Source: Catajapyx aquilonaris (taxonomy: Eukaryota). From it: 34,882 nucleotides of DNA. Of this stretch, positions 1 to 12,455 are shown piece after piece. The notes beneath the pieces are model-generated. The model was not told the origin of the DNA and did no database searches. It was given only the letters and a program-made list of their open reading frames with translations. Position 1 is the stretch's first letter, and each line of letters begins with the position of its first letter. Position numbers and translations under genes: made by a program. Where the stretch lies: the NCBI GenBank assembly GCA_000934665.2, contig JYFJ02004093.1, forward strand, positions 1 to 34,882. The letters run 5' to 3'.

Positions 1-639
1 AGATGTTGCTGGCAGGTATCTCACATCAGGAGTAGGCAGTGCAGAACTCGCGAAACAGCATGTGCTTCTGGACAAAAAGGGCAGGTAAACCTGCCCTCTT
101 GTGCCAGATTACAAGACCATAGTATTCACTAGTATGACGACATATGGCGCAGCAATACCTTTCACACATCCCCAGCTAGCAACCAGAGATGCACTTCCCC
201 CGATTGTGCACTTCCCCCACTTTACCTTACCACATTTTAATGAAGGTCGCTTTAGCCCATTGAGGTGGGATTGTGCTATGCCTTCATGCACTGAAAATGG
301 CATCCTTCCCACTGCATCAAAAACTGGTATTACTATAATACAGTAGCTATATCAGAGTGTACAGTACTACATGATTCCCAACACTTTGGGGTCCCTATGG
401 TGTCAAAAAGGTCACAATTAGCTAGTTAGTATTGCCCCTATAGGGCCTAGAAAAATTTGCACTGGAATGCTACCTGTGCTCAAGTCTTACTTTCATCGTC
501 GCCTCCAGATGGGCTTCATGGCAAATCTGATACATGTCACTGCTCCATCTTACACTAGCAATATGGAATGCTGCTCCAATTTTCTTTGGAGTACAATAAT
601 TTGACCAGTATTTGCCTAAATACCAAAAATTGTAGATTG

Positions 640-1163
640 GTGGGGTGACATTGAGCCAACATGTTTGGGTGGTAAATGATATCACATGTGTATCATTAAT
701 CAGTAAAACATAATGGAGATGAACAAGTCAGTTTTCCTTGTGACTGTGTAGTTGTTTATTTTTCATAATTATTAAATTATTGTAATTTATTTGTGACTGT
801 AGCTCTTGGGGACCGAAGCAGGTTGGCATAGTGGATAAGGCGTCCGACTGCTAATCGGGAGGTCCTGGGTTCTAATCCCGGGGCAGGCAACCTTGACCGT
901 GGTTTTCTGTGGTTTTCCACGGTCTTTCTAGGATAATTCCGGGGTCGCTTCCGTATAATAGGCCACAGCCGCTTCCTTCCTTCCCTATCCTTGGAGGTTG
1001 AAAGGCAATGCTGGGGCAACCTCCTTAAATATCAATTACAAAGTGTAGCTCTTGGGGACATCTTGAACATCTAGTACAAAATCATATTTTGCATATCATG
1101 TGTCACAAGAGAGGAACTCTGCAAAATATAGAAAAAGTGGTTCAATGTCACCCCACGTTACAG
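640..1163. mobile_element. Old non-autonomous DNA transposon remnant (Tc1/pogo-like) hosting a SINE
   Basis: Inverted motifs GTGGGGTGACATTGAGCCA (640-658) and TGGTTCAATGTCACCCCAC (1138-1156); right side ends ...GTTACAG|TA; left terminus degraded. Confidence 0.4.
814..1043 (+). mobile_element. tRNA-derived SINE (family A), lacking the family tail and carrying extra 3' sequence
   Basis: A box TGGCATAGTGG, B-box-like GGTTCTAATCC, body ...GGCCACAGCCGCTTCCTTCC shared with four other copies in the window; 16-bp direct repeat TGTAGCTCTTGGGGAC at 798-813 and 1044-1059. Confidence 0.85.
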
Positions 1164-1896
1164 TAGCAGTAGTGTATATTGCTGTGTCCGAGGTGGAGTA
1201 GAAGAGCACAGAAACCAATCCAGGAAATGGGGCATCACCTACTCATACCTTGAGATAGCTTCCTCCCTTTTCAACCCAGAAAATCCTCCTGGAACTGGTA
1301 CAAATGGCCCTCAGATAAGCTTTCCATTCAGCTTATCCTTAGCAGTTAATATCTTTGATGTCCAATAAAAGAAGACATACCAAAGTAGCTGATTAAGCAT
1401 TCATTTACATCCCATGTGCACATTATAATGCATATTGAGGAAAAAATCATAACTCCTACTTGAAGGTTAAATAAGCATTCTAAGTTAATAATTATTACAC
1501 CCATGAAAAATCAGTCCTGTATTGCCATACCTGGTTTATACTTGTAAGTTAGCATTAACCTCTAACAATCCATCAAGCATAACACAGTAATAATTTGACA
1601 CCATTTTGATCTATCAATGGGCATGGAAAAGTTGCTGCACAAAAAAACATGTCAACGTTATTGTCCAGGTCTCCCCTTTTCCATGTAAGCTATTGCACCA
1701 CACTTTTACCAACTTGTGTAGAGCAGTGTTGTGAAATACAACCTCCCACCAACATAGGTTAAGGTTGGTGAACCCAGCTAAATAATAATATGCTGTTACT
1801 AGATTTACTTCAACTACCAGGCTCTCCTGTTTTCACCTTTTTTTCTCAGTAATCCTGCAGGTGCCAATTTTCATAGTAGCAATAAGTACAAGTTAA

Positions 1897-2248
1897 TAAT
1901 AATAATAATAAATAATAATAATAATTGGGGTTAGTGCACCGCCCATTGAGGGCATCTGGCACGATACCATTATTTCGCTTTTAGGTGTACAGCTACATTT
2001 TTGGTCCTTTTCCGTAACGCCCAGGGACCGCGAGCGATAGGGGATGTGCAAGGTGCAGTGCAATGTCTTTATGTGGCTATTTTTAGTGAACTCCCCCGGG
2101 TGGTTTAGTCTGTAGGAAATACCACCCGAGACGAAGCTGGAGGTGACCCTGAACTCTGCACGAGATGAAGGGGGTGTCCCCGGGCTGGGATCGAACCCGG
2201 GACCTTAACATCCGTGGGCGCATACGTTACCGCAGCACCACTTCGCCT
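1897..2248 (-). mobile_element. tRNA-derived SINE (family B) with (TTA)n tail
   Basis: Minus-strand tRNA-like head with B box GGTTCGATCCC; AAT-repeat tail 1897-1924; 18-bp TSD GCAATAAGTACAAGTTAA at 1879-1896 and 2249-2266; similar copies at 27026-27444. Confidence 0.88.
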
Positions 2249-2424
2249 GCAATAAGTACAAGTTAAATTACAAGCTGTAAAACAGTTTCAGGTCATTGCT
2301 TACAATAATGATTACATTTTAATGATTATACTAGGGTAGTCTGTAAGTTTCGTGTATTTATATTTTTGAAGCTGTTAGTCTTATGGGGTAAAAAGTCTTA
2401 TGTACTAGTTGAAGAATCCTTCTA

Positions 2425-2527
2425 CAGTAGACTCTGGATATAACAGGCTTCAAGGGACTGCGGAAATCAGTACGCTAAAACCAAGAATCTGTTATAGCAG
2501 CTAGACTGTTATATCCAGATTAAACTG
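2425..2527. mobile_element. Short pogo/Tigger-like MITE
   Basis: TA|CAGTAGACTCTGGATATAACAG ... CTGTTATATCCAGATTAAACTG inverted ends; related element at 33665-33748. Confidence 0.6.
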
Positions 2528-2654
2528 CATTATGATAGGTGATGGTTGGCCTTGTTTGCATGTGCAGCAGTAATCAGAAATGAGCAGGTTCCGGCTACAG
2601 CATGCCCAAATTCATTAGTCCAGGAGACATAATAGTGAACGATGTGTATTGCAA

Positions 2655-2720
2655 ATGTGGATGAAGGATGAAATGCAGGCAGTTGTCCGCTATGAATGTG
2701 GACCTGGAATGTGTAGAAAT
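2655..2720 (+). pseudogene. Mariner transposase N-terminal relic
   Basis: Translates MWMKDEMQAVVRYECGPG, matching the W-x-K-E-E-V-R-A-V-(V/I) start of the mariner relic near 22310. Confidence 0.4.
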
Positions 2721-3445
2721 GGCAGGTTGCTGGTGTGATAACCGGTTGGGGGCGACGTGCATCATATGATTATCTGAGGTTGTTTGAATTGCCCGCGCTA
2801 AAATGTGCAGAGTGAATTCGAACTTTGGCGGTCAAAATTCGGGTCAATAAACTCCTGCCATCTCTTGGATGGTGACTAAACTACCATGACCCTCCCACAA
2901 TCCACTGGGCGGGAGCCAAGTAGAGTCGAACATGCCAAGGTCACGCAGCTGCCTCGTCATCTTTCATGTAAACAAACATCCTGAGTACAGGGTGCCGTAG
3001 AGTCAGGACCCTTAGGAGTTTCTCATAGCACAGTGTTGTGGTAATATTATGCAACCATAATAACAGTGTATAGTGATTGTTAAGCTTGTTAGGCATATTG
3101 ACATTCTGAGAGCCAGAAGATTCTTTAAAAATTATTTCTGGACACCCCGTAGATTAATTTTTTCCGGAATTTTACATTCAAAAGGACCACCACGAATTAA
3201 AATGATTAATTTTGGCGCGAATATGTTATCCATTAATATCACTCCTACATCGAATTTTGGACAAAAAGAAAAAGAAAAAAAAGCCACAACAACAAGAAAC
3301 TTAGTCCTCAACAGGTTAAATGTAAGCACCTTCATGCCAAATAATCATTAACCACTATGGACACTCTTGGGAACATACGGTATATTGATGGCCATCTAGT
3401 TTCACTGCAGTAGCATGGGAGTAAAAGCTACTTTCTTAAATGCAG

Positions 3446-3931
3446 AACTGCTGGAACTGTGGCCGCAAAGCCCAGGATACCTGCAGTGGATGCAATGTGG
3501 CTCGCTACTGTGGATACTTCTGTCAACACAAGGACTGGGAAAACCACCACCAGGTGTGCGGTCGAGGCTTGGCCTCCTCCTCCTCCTCCCCGTCCTCCTC
3601 CTCATCCTCCTCTTGCCTCCCACATGGCCTGCATAGTCATGGCCACCAGCTACATCCTCATGCCCATCCATACCCACTCCCGATACCCCTGCAGGAGAAG
3701 GGCAGTCAGGGGGGCTCCACTGCCTCCAACGCTCCGGCAACTTCAGCTGCAGCTACAAGCAGCCCTTCCTCACAGTCAGGTGCCATCACTTCTGCCAATG
3801 GGACCGGTGCTGTCACCACTGGGGGAAGGCCACCACGCCCTCCATCCAACTCCTCCACTGCCAATTCCAGGGCTGGTACACCCACACCTTCATCGACTCC
3901 AGGTGCCGTGCTAGAGGCCACTTCCAAGTGA
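3446..3931 (+). CDS. nvy: nervy / ETO (CBFA2T, MTG8 family) co-repressor, last coding exon: MYND (NHR4) zinc finger plus Ser/His/Pro-rich tail
   Basis: [38 protein letters not shown] closely matches the ETO-family MYND finger; acceptor ctttcttaaatgcag| ends at 3445, phase 0; stop TGA 3929-3931; upstream exons not found in the window. Confidence 0.9.
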   Translation, partial: NCWNCGRKAQDTCSGCNVARYCGYFCQHKDWENHHQVCGRGLASSSSSPSSSSSSSCLPHGLHSHGHQLHPHAHPYPLPIPLQEKGSQGGSTASNAPATSAAATSSPSSQSGAITSANGTGAVTTGGRPPRPPSNSSTANSRAGTPTPSSTPGAVLEATSK

Positions 3932-5471
3932 CGGCCAAGCGCACCTACCAAACGGTCACCAAGCCAGGGCGCCAGTCGTCCAGACGCCTCTGACGGTGAT
4001 TATTCCAGTATTTGGTGTGAACAAGATAGTTGAATGTTCCATTTGTTTCTTTATATGTTGTGTATTTTCTCAGGAGCAAAGTCTCTGTGTGTATTAGCAT
4101 GATTGGAAATGATGGCTCGGAACATATTGTTGAGCAGGGATAATGATTGTGCTATGAAATTGGTGTTTTAAGGCAATCAACTGCTTGGAAAGATGCTCAA
4201 CCATACAAGCTACTGGTTCCGTGCCTTCAAAGCCATATCTTACAAGAGTTTTGTCAATGATTGGTGCTCCCTGACTCAGTCTTAGTTTGCACAGCCATTG
4301 GAGGGCAGAGTGAGAAAGAAATTCTGATGCGAAATACCAAAAATATGGTTCATGCTTTATGTAAAATGCAGAATTTTATTCATATTAGAGCTTATCCAAA
4401 GTCCTGGAACATGTTCCAGGGAAGGATTCTTCTGAAATTTATTTACAAATTTTTCCTGACACATGCAGTTTCTTACTCTTTCCTTCACTGATCTTATTCT
4501 GTTACCACTGGTCAATGTTCCAAAACTTAAGTTTATTTAGCATTAGAGTAGCATTGAGATTTTATGTAATCAACTCTTTCATCATACTTTTCTCATCAGA
4601 TTATACATTTGACAGGTCACTCTCAGAGCTTATCATGTGCAGTACATTGGAAAAGCTTCACTGCATTCTGGTCTCCTTCAAGTCTGTGTAGAGCAATGAA
4701 GCATAGTCATTGACGTGAAAAGGTTGTGTGAGAATATTCATTCTTGTTGAGTTTGTCACCACAAAGTAGAGCCAAGACTGACAGAATATTGTTGGATTGA
4801 CAGGAAACTTGAAATTATGACCTGTTTCAAGAGATGGTAAGCTTCAGAAACAACAGAAAAATACACCAAACTGGGAATTCCACATGTGGACAGCATCATT
4901 TTAAATACTTATTACAAGTCAAATTACATAAATCCACATTGTTAGTTTCAGATGACACCAGTCCAGTTCAAGCAGTTCATGAACTTTCTTGTTATATACC
5001 CTGTGTTTGTGGGTAATGCAGAGGAAACTGGTTGACAAGAAGAGCCAACACTGCTATTAAAATTCCATTATTTTGACATTTGTATGGTAAATGATGAGAA
5101 AATAAGACATAATTCATTCTTATGAGTAACGATCGAATGCCAATAGATATGAAACATCAATTTTATTTTAGACCTGGCCATGTGTCTATGCAATTACTGA
5201 ATTGGGAGTCCTTATCTTAGTAAGACATTTAAGTTTGCAGACTCCCATGTAAAAATCCTTGGTGCCAGAAAGGAGCCTCCATTATTACTTAACCATGCAC
5301 CTCCTTATTGTGAATCTCTTCCTGGACAGTATGTTTCAGAGATGTGATTTCATTTATGGCTCTGTGGTCCTTTTTAAACATTTGACATGCAACATTCTAC
5401 CAAGACTATCAGAATTCACTTCCAGGCATGATGAACTCCACAGTGGATGACTACTCCCACTTCAGTGTATA

Positions 5472-5895
5472 CAGGGTGTATCTGAACTCAGTGCCCCGAC
5501 ATATATGACTGCCTTCCTAGCCACCAGAGGATCGATTTAAGTATAGGAGTCATTATGTTTGGCCGCCGCATTACGGAGATAATTTGCCGCAAACATGTAG
5601 TACAAAATATCCTGTCGGTTAGGCCACCCATCGAACCCTCCCCCAGTCAGAAGGCTCTGGAAGGTCTGGGGGCGGGACTTTGTTGGTTTGTTGCCCACAG
5701 GTGGTAAGGCCTCTTTGGCTAGTTACACCAAAAAATTCTATTTAAAAGTCAGAAGGAGCGATTAGGCAAAAATCGCTAAAGAGTGTATCTCAGAAATGAG
5801 GCTGCCCAGACATATGACTCCTATACTTAAATCGATCCTCTGGTGGCTAGGAAGGCAGTCTTATACGTCGGGGCACTGAGTTCAGATACACCCTG
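5472..5895. mobile_element. Tc1/mariner-type MITE (family M1)
   Basis: TA|CAGGGTGTATCTGAACTCAG ... CTGAGTTCAGATACACCCTG|TA; TIRs about 80 bp; near-identical inverted copy at 25842-26265. Confidence 0.92.
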
Positions 5896-8287
5896 TATAG
5901 GCCAGATTGATTTCTTGCTTAGATTCATGAAGCTTGGTGAAATGGCAGATTAAGAACTGTCAGATCCACAAGCCAGATCCTTCGAACTTTTGCTCATGAA
6001 ACATCAAATAAATTTGCAAATAACAAGAAATTGCCAGATGAGGTGCTGATCTGACCCCTTTCACATGGCACCAATTTCTATGCAATAGGATACCCCTATT
6101 TGTTTCACAGTGGGAGTGCTACAACCAACTCATTGAATATATCATAGAAAAGAACCAATGCTAAGTCTAGAATTCTATAAGAGAATCACTGCTACATTTA
6201 TAAGCCATTTATTGTATACTTTATTTACCACCACTAGGTTTGGCACTAACTTTCACACAGATTTCATGAACACTTTCAGTTCTGCTGCTGCAGTGTCAGA
6301 CAAGACCAAAATGGTAGCAAGCTTGCCAACATATAACACCAGCACATGCTAACATGTACTGTATAAGTTGTACCCACAAAAGTTTATCCTACTAGCCAAG
6401 CTCCACTGATGTGATATACACATGAAACACTGGAGTTATAAAAGAAAATTCATGAATTACTTGAACAGCCTTCATGTAATCATGTCAAATCACAGATTAC
6501 TTGGTGGCGAAGACAGTTATCAAAGCATATTTTCAGAAGTGAAATTTTCCATACCAAGTTCAGTCCTCGTAGAGACCACATGTCTGATTTCCTGTCATTG
6601 TTTTAGTTATGTAAGGCTGTTAAATAATTTAAGTTCTTTGTTTTGCGTGTTGCCAATTTCGGAAGGTCATTCTCAACTTGCACTCAATGAAATAAGACAA
6701 AAGACCAAATATTTGCGCTTAAATTAGTGCAACACATAGTTTTATATGTGAATGTGTGCCGTATCTTGTCCAGTACAAGAGTAAAGATTGTATCAAGGAG
6801 ACCAGATATTCCAATAATATCCATTGTTCAACTAAAGTGTCACATGGAAAATATTTTGAAAGATAATATGGTAGAAATCATATACATTTCATACCATTAT
6901 GACTATTTTTACCTTTGTTGGCTGAACCAAACACAACATAAACATAATACTGGACAAAGTTAGATTTAAAGGTAGGCTTTAAAATGCTGAACTGTTTGCA
7001 TTTTGTCAATGACCCATTAAACTCAAAAACTGACCATACCGTTATCATAACACTGCATTGATAAGTCCTACACTACCTTCATACTGATGCATGAAAACTC
7101 ATAAGCCAGTGGATCTCACACTGTACATCATTACATCAGGAAAAAACCAATGAGAAAAGGCATCAGAACTCTAGACTGAGAAGATGTGTGTATAAGGTGT
7201 GACGGTCCAATATCATACACAAAAATCATGACAAATAATGTCAAGGTGATTTGTTGTGTAGATTTGTACAGATAAGGCATTGATATTAATTTCGCTTCAT
7301 CTTCGTATTTAAAAAGCCCCCCAAAAGACCCATAAAAACTGGAAAAGTGAAGTCAGTGCAGCATTTTAAAACTCCCACCTCCCAGAGATTCGCAAGTAGT
7401 GCAGTTTTAGAACCACTCCTTTACTGCATTACATAGGATTTGGAGAAAATTTTGCAGGCACATCAACCTAGTCAATATTATATTCATGATTCTATTTCAG
7501 CTTGCAATTACTTATTGAATTTGTCCTTAACAGCAGTCACACGTTGTTAATTTTCAACTACATGAGTTATGTCAAAAAAAGTGGCCGGCATGCTGGCACA
7601 TCGTTGCATTTGCACAGAGCATGATGAAATCATTCTGACATGCAGCCTGATTCTTACACAGTAATACAAGCAGTAAATATGGTCATGCAATACCAGTCAT
7701 CTGAATATGAGCTTGCAAAAGACCCCCATAGAGTAGCATTTAAGAGATGCCATATTTCACAAGCTCATTTCGTATATAAGTAAATCAGTAATTTTGTCAA
7801 TCTGGCTACATGAAAAAAGGTTCATCATGGAATTGACATGAAATGGCATGGCAGCCACTCTCTTTCCACACAACCCATGTAGAAGACTGCAAATCTGGAA
7901 ACCATCCTGAATGATTTCTCAACCACCAGTGTCCCAAATCATCAATTATGTTTCATGGTTGGTTTGTGAACATATTGAATAAAAATAAGCATGATTCTTC
8001 CCTGCATATGGCTGTTCCTGTGATCAAAAAAATGTGTATACCATCTCTTAAGGGTAAATCCATGTGAGATTAGTTACTTTCGGGATAAAATTTTCCTAAA
8101 TTCCACGGTTCGACAAACCTTGACACACTTGTACCTTTGTTAAGGAGAAATGATGCAGGATCTGAATATATGCTAACTGATGCACCTGCATAGGCACTTT
8201 TTCTATGGTACTTACATGGGCAAGTAGCACAGTTTGGCAAGCTCTTTAACCACCCCCATCAAGACCTTGGCACAATATCAAAATATT

Positions 8288-8455
8288 GGGCAACATGGTG
8301 GGATAGTGATTAAGGCCACAGCCTTCCACCTCTGAGGTCCTGCATTAAGCAGAGGATTTTCTCATGTGTAAAGAGTTTCAACGAGTTCTTTCCATGTTCA
8401 TGTGGGTTTTGTTTTCCTGGAGGTCTCCAGCTTCTTCCCCCTATCAAAAACTATC
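8288..8455 (+). mobile_element. Diverged SINE (family C, V-domain-like)
   Basis: GGGCAACATGGTGG...CAGCCTTCCACCTCTGAGGTCC head and GTGGGTTTT...CTCCAGCTTCTTCCCCCTATCAAAA body parallel the copy at 17902. Confidence 0.6.
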
Positions 8456-8625
8456 GATGACATTGTACGGATATTATTTCAATTCGGTTCCAGAAGAGCC
8501 ATCACATGAAGGTAATTAGTGGAGTCAGGTATTTAATATAAGACATTCCAAAGACATTATGGACTGTGGTATCCTGTTGTTGTTGTTATAATACTTGTTT
8601 TACTATTACTAGTACTGTATTACTA

Positions 8626-9209
8626 TTTATTTATTTATTTATCTATTTTTAATACCCTGTGATAGGGCTAGAGGCCCTCTTAGGGGGGTGGAACACCACC
8701 ATATTTTCATTCCATTTTCATATTTTTTCTTCAAACTCTGTGCAGGGAAGAAAGGACATGAGGTATAGGCTGTCCAGCAAAAGACTGCATGGGTTTTCTG
8801 GTGTTTTGAAGTCGAGTTGCCAGACGCAAAAGGAACCTGGAATACCCCACATCCACGTTGAAAAAAAAAATCCCCACCTGGCTACTCTATTTATCTTCAT
8901 GGTAAACATTCGGACTGGGGAGGTGGGGAGGGGGGCTGAAAAGTTGGAAAAACCCACCTAACCCTCGCAGACTCTTTTTGGTTCCCCTTTAGGGATGGGG
9001 ATTTTTCGGGGAGGTGTCACGAGTGCAAGTGCAATGTCTGAAAAGGAGTCATGTGCAGTCTCCCTGGAGGGTAGGTTGCCAGATGCCTCCAAGGCACGGG
9101 TCAGAGACCCTCCTGACACAGGTGAAAGGGACATCTCGGTGGGAATTGAACTCGGGACCTTTCACTCAGCAAGCCAAGTCGTTACCAACTCGGCCACCAT
9201 GCCTCTCCC
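8626..9209 (-). mobile_element. Long chimeric tRNA-SINE (family D: family-B-like body, family-A-like 3' tail)
   Basis: Minus-strand head with A box TGGCCGAGTTGG and B box GAGTTCAATTCC; tail CCCCCTAAGAGGGCC...TATCACAGGGTA then A-rich repeats; 12-bp TSD ACTGTATTACTA at 8614-8625 and 9210-9221. Confidence 0.75.
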
Positions 9210-9324
9210 ACTGTATTACTAGTAATAATAGCAATTACAGCAGCACCAGGATGCATTGTGGCAGCCTAAGGGGGCATACAACAGGGTATCCTGTTGTCAT
9301 TGTTGTTATTATTACTGTTATTAC

Positions 9325-9610
9325 CGAAGCAGTGGTAGCGGAGGGGATATGGTATCCGACTGCTAATCGGGAGGTCCTGGGTTCGAATCCCGGTGGCCGC
9401 CGACCCTGACCGTGGTTTTCTGTGGTTTCCCATGGTCTCACCAGAAAAATTCCGGGGTCTTGTCCGTAATTATAGGCCACAGCCGCTTCCTTCCATCCCT
9501 ATCCCATCCCCATATACGAGAAGTAAAAACGAAAGCAAGAGTTCCAGATAAAAAAATATGGTGATATCCCACCCCCCTAAGAGGGCCCATGGCTCTAACA
9601 CGGGGTACAA

Positions 9611-9658
<48 letters not shown>

Positions 9659-9659
9659 G
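9325..9659 (+). mobile_element. tRNA-derived SINE (family A), full length with (ATT)n tail
   Basis: B box GGTTCGAATCC; family A body; (ATT)n from 9611; TSD TTATTACTGTTATTAC at 9309-9324 and 9660-9675. Confidence 0.88.
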
Positions 9660-11859
9660 TTATTACTGTTATTACTAGTGAAACTAGTAATAGCACTAGT
9701 AATAGTAAAGTAGTTATAACAACACTAGGATACCATATGATAATTCTGCAGTCTTTGAAATGTCTTAGATTAAACACCTGACTCCACTATGTGATGGCTC
9801 TTCTGCAACAGAACTTCAATAAATCCATACAAGCTTGAAGAAAGCCCATTGGCACTGTGTCACGTGAGAATAACCCTGAAGGTCAACCTCATCACCTCAG
9901 AAATGGAAGTCTGTGGCTTAACCCCCCTACATTGCTGCCATACACACCCAAGTCAAAATGGACTCTTTCAAAACCTATTTTTCAGCACCTTATATTTGGC
10001 AGCATCTTAGATTGTGCCATGCACTTCCAAGCTGCATGAGAACTTTTTATAATCAGAGATGGATAAAGTTGTTAAAAAGGAGGTAATTCACAGCAACAGG
10101 TTACAAAATAAATATCACTTGAAGTAATATTTTTATTGCACGTGAAGGTCTCCATGACACTGACAAAGAGCTTTCCAAAACTGTGCTTTTCCACAAGTGA
10201 CACAGAAAAATAATATTATTCAAAAATACTTAAGAACTGGTATAACAATGCTCACAAAGAGTCACATCTTTTTGTGACTCGCCATACCTATGAGTGGGTT
10301 TATTGGTAACCAACTTGACATGGATTTACCTTGAATAGTAGGCTATTCAAAATAATAGCAGTGCATATTGTTATCTTACACCCAACAGCCAGAGCTGACA
10401 TTCAGTCCAATAATTTGGCACAGTCATCAATCCTGATGCCAGACTGCATAAAGTGTGATCCTCATCTGGGAATATGTCGCAGGGTATATACTTTGTTTGT
10501 TTTACTGAACTTTTAATTATCATAAGCAAAAGTGATGTAACAAGTGATAAAAGTAAGTGTTAGAAGTCCTGTTGTGTACAAAAATGTGTTGTGTTGGAAA
10601 CCTGTTACAAGCCCCACAAAAGGGCAGGTTCAGAGAACGAAGAAAAAAACCCAAACAAAATGGATACTCATCTCTTTTCCACATGTGACCACTTAGATGT
10701 GACACACTTTTGTACAGGTTATGTGTGTGAATGTAAGTGTGATTGTGGGACGGATGAGCTGCAACTTAGGAGAGGTGCATTCAACTGAAGAGGAGCCGAT
10801 TCTCTTAGCGTCAGTGTTTGGATGAAGCTTCTGTCACACTGTGTACAGGGAAGGTGTGACTTTTGTGCAAAAAGTAGAGCTTGAGGTGGCAAGAGCCAGA
10901 GCAAGGAGGACCACAAGTGCAAGGTTGCTTGTGTATACTATGGGTGAGTGGTGGAGGCAAAATGACAGGATCCCATCTATGCGGTGCACAACTATCTGTT
11001 GCTGTTGTTTTAAATTCAAACTGTGATCCATTGGGATTATTCATTTCTCCTCTCACATCCCATTCGCGCTTGCCAACTCCTTATCCCTTGCATTTGTAGG
11101 GGGATTACAAATATGCTTTGTGGTGAAACACACTAAGTCTCAATTCAGAAACTGCTTGAAAGTACATGCTCAATTTTATAGGTTTAAGTTACCTTTTGTG
11201 TGTTAAAGGGTGATCTCTGTCCTTCCCCCCATTCATCCCTTCTCAGTACATTTTTTTGTACCAAGTGCAGACATGATCAACATAACTGTAAACTCTTATC
11301 AAAACATTTCAACTGCACGATGTTAGCCAAATTACAGGTCATAGAGTGGGCAGTACTTTTTGTATCTCATACTAGACTCTCTAATATAGTCTTGATGTTA
11401 CTCCTTGAATCACAGCCACCATAAACACACTTTTTATGTCAAGAAACTAAACTAGGTGTGCTGGCTGTGATGCAAGGCATGAAGCATCCTGCTGTCACCC
11501 ATTCTCAATTGCCATTTAATCATAACAATGGGGTACTGTACTGAAAATATACATATAAATATATATATTCGGGAACCAGAGTGAGGTCATGGCAAAGGGC
11601 AGGTGAAAATGCACTGCAGCATGAGTAGTGATGGAAATCGGAGGCCTAGTCATCCGAGTGGCAGCCTTTCCCAGAGCTTAGCTCAAATCCAAGGCTGGTG
11701 CCATTAGAATGTGTAAGGAGAACACTTAGTCGGTCCCTAGTCGTCATTTCATGCATAGGTGCAGTGCAAATGACACCTGCCATGTTCCATGTAACTAATA
11801 CATGTCCAATAAAAAATATGTATAATCAACTATTCCATTGCACATTCTTGCCTTTATTT

Positions 11860-12174
11860 TTAACTTTCCTCCACTTTTTCTTTCTTCTGCTTTTTGGGTT
11901 TTGGTTCCCCAGTGTCTCCAATAATGTCCTTGAACATCTTCCTGGTGGTTAGTTCACGTGACAGTCCCTCCTTCCACTCAGCATTGCGGTGTTTGAAAAG
12001 CCACAGCCCATAGTTCTGCACCATGTACTTGCCAAAAGGATTGGCAGACAGGAGAGATTGTTTGGCAGCTAACTCTTCTGCAATGGTTGCCTTCATCTTG
12101 AGTGAAGAACTTCCCCACAGGGCATCCAATGTCCGAGAGCCATGTTTAGAACAAGCCAGTGCAACCATCTGTCC
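11860..12174 (-). CDS. NOP9: Nucleolar protein 9 (NOP9), exon 8 (terminal)
   Basis: GQMVALACSKHGSRTLDALW...ANPFGKYM...basic tail to TAA; acceptor gttcttcag| ends at 12175, phase 0; AATAAA on - at 11853-11858. Confidence 0.88.
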   Translation of the reverse strand, partial: GQMVALACSKHGSRTLDALWGSSSLKMKATIAEELAAKQSLLSANPFGKYMVQNYGLWLFKHRNAEWKEGLSRELTTRKMFKDIIGDTGEPKPKKQKKEKVEES

Positions 12175-12455
12175 CTGAAGAACCACACGTACAATCATTA
12201 CAGTACAAAATAATAACTTCAACCAACAATTTGATTGGGCCACAAGTACAATTACCACAAAGGCACTGCGCAAATAAATGAATAAATATTAGGGTCAGGG
12301 CAAAGGGAAGATATGGGTGAAATACAAGGCCAAACAAAAATTTTGAAGCTGCAATTTTTACTACAGAATAGAACGTTCCAAAGAGCCTGTCGTACGGAGT
12401 CAACAAAAATTTCAGAAGGAAAATATACTACATCACACTGGGTGTCATAATAATA

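Noticed and set aside
818..885. tRNA gene (GCT-like anticodon loop, A and B boxes)
   Set aside because: It is the head of a multicopy SINE, continuous with body and TSDs, with no proper acceptor stem; the same holds for the other tRNA-like heads
3446..3560. DEAF-1 or another MYND protein as an alternative call
   Set aside because: The [29 protein letters not shown] pattern fits ETO/nervy better than DEAF-1
3402..3951. Overlapping alternative-frame and antisense ORFs over the nervy exon
   Set aside because: By-products of GC-rich low-complexity coding sequence; only one frame has the MYND motif and a matching splice acceptor
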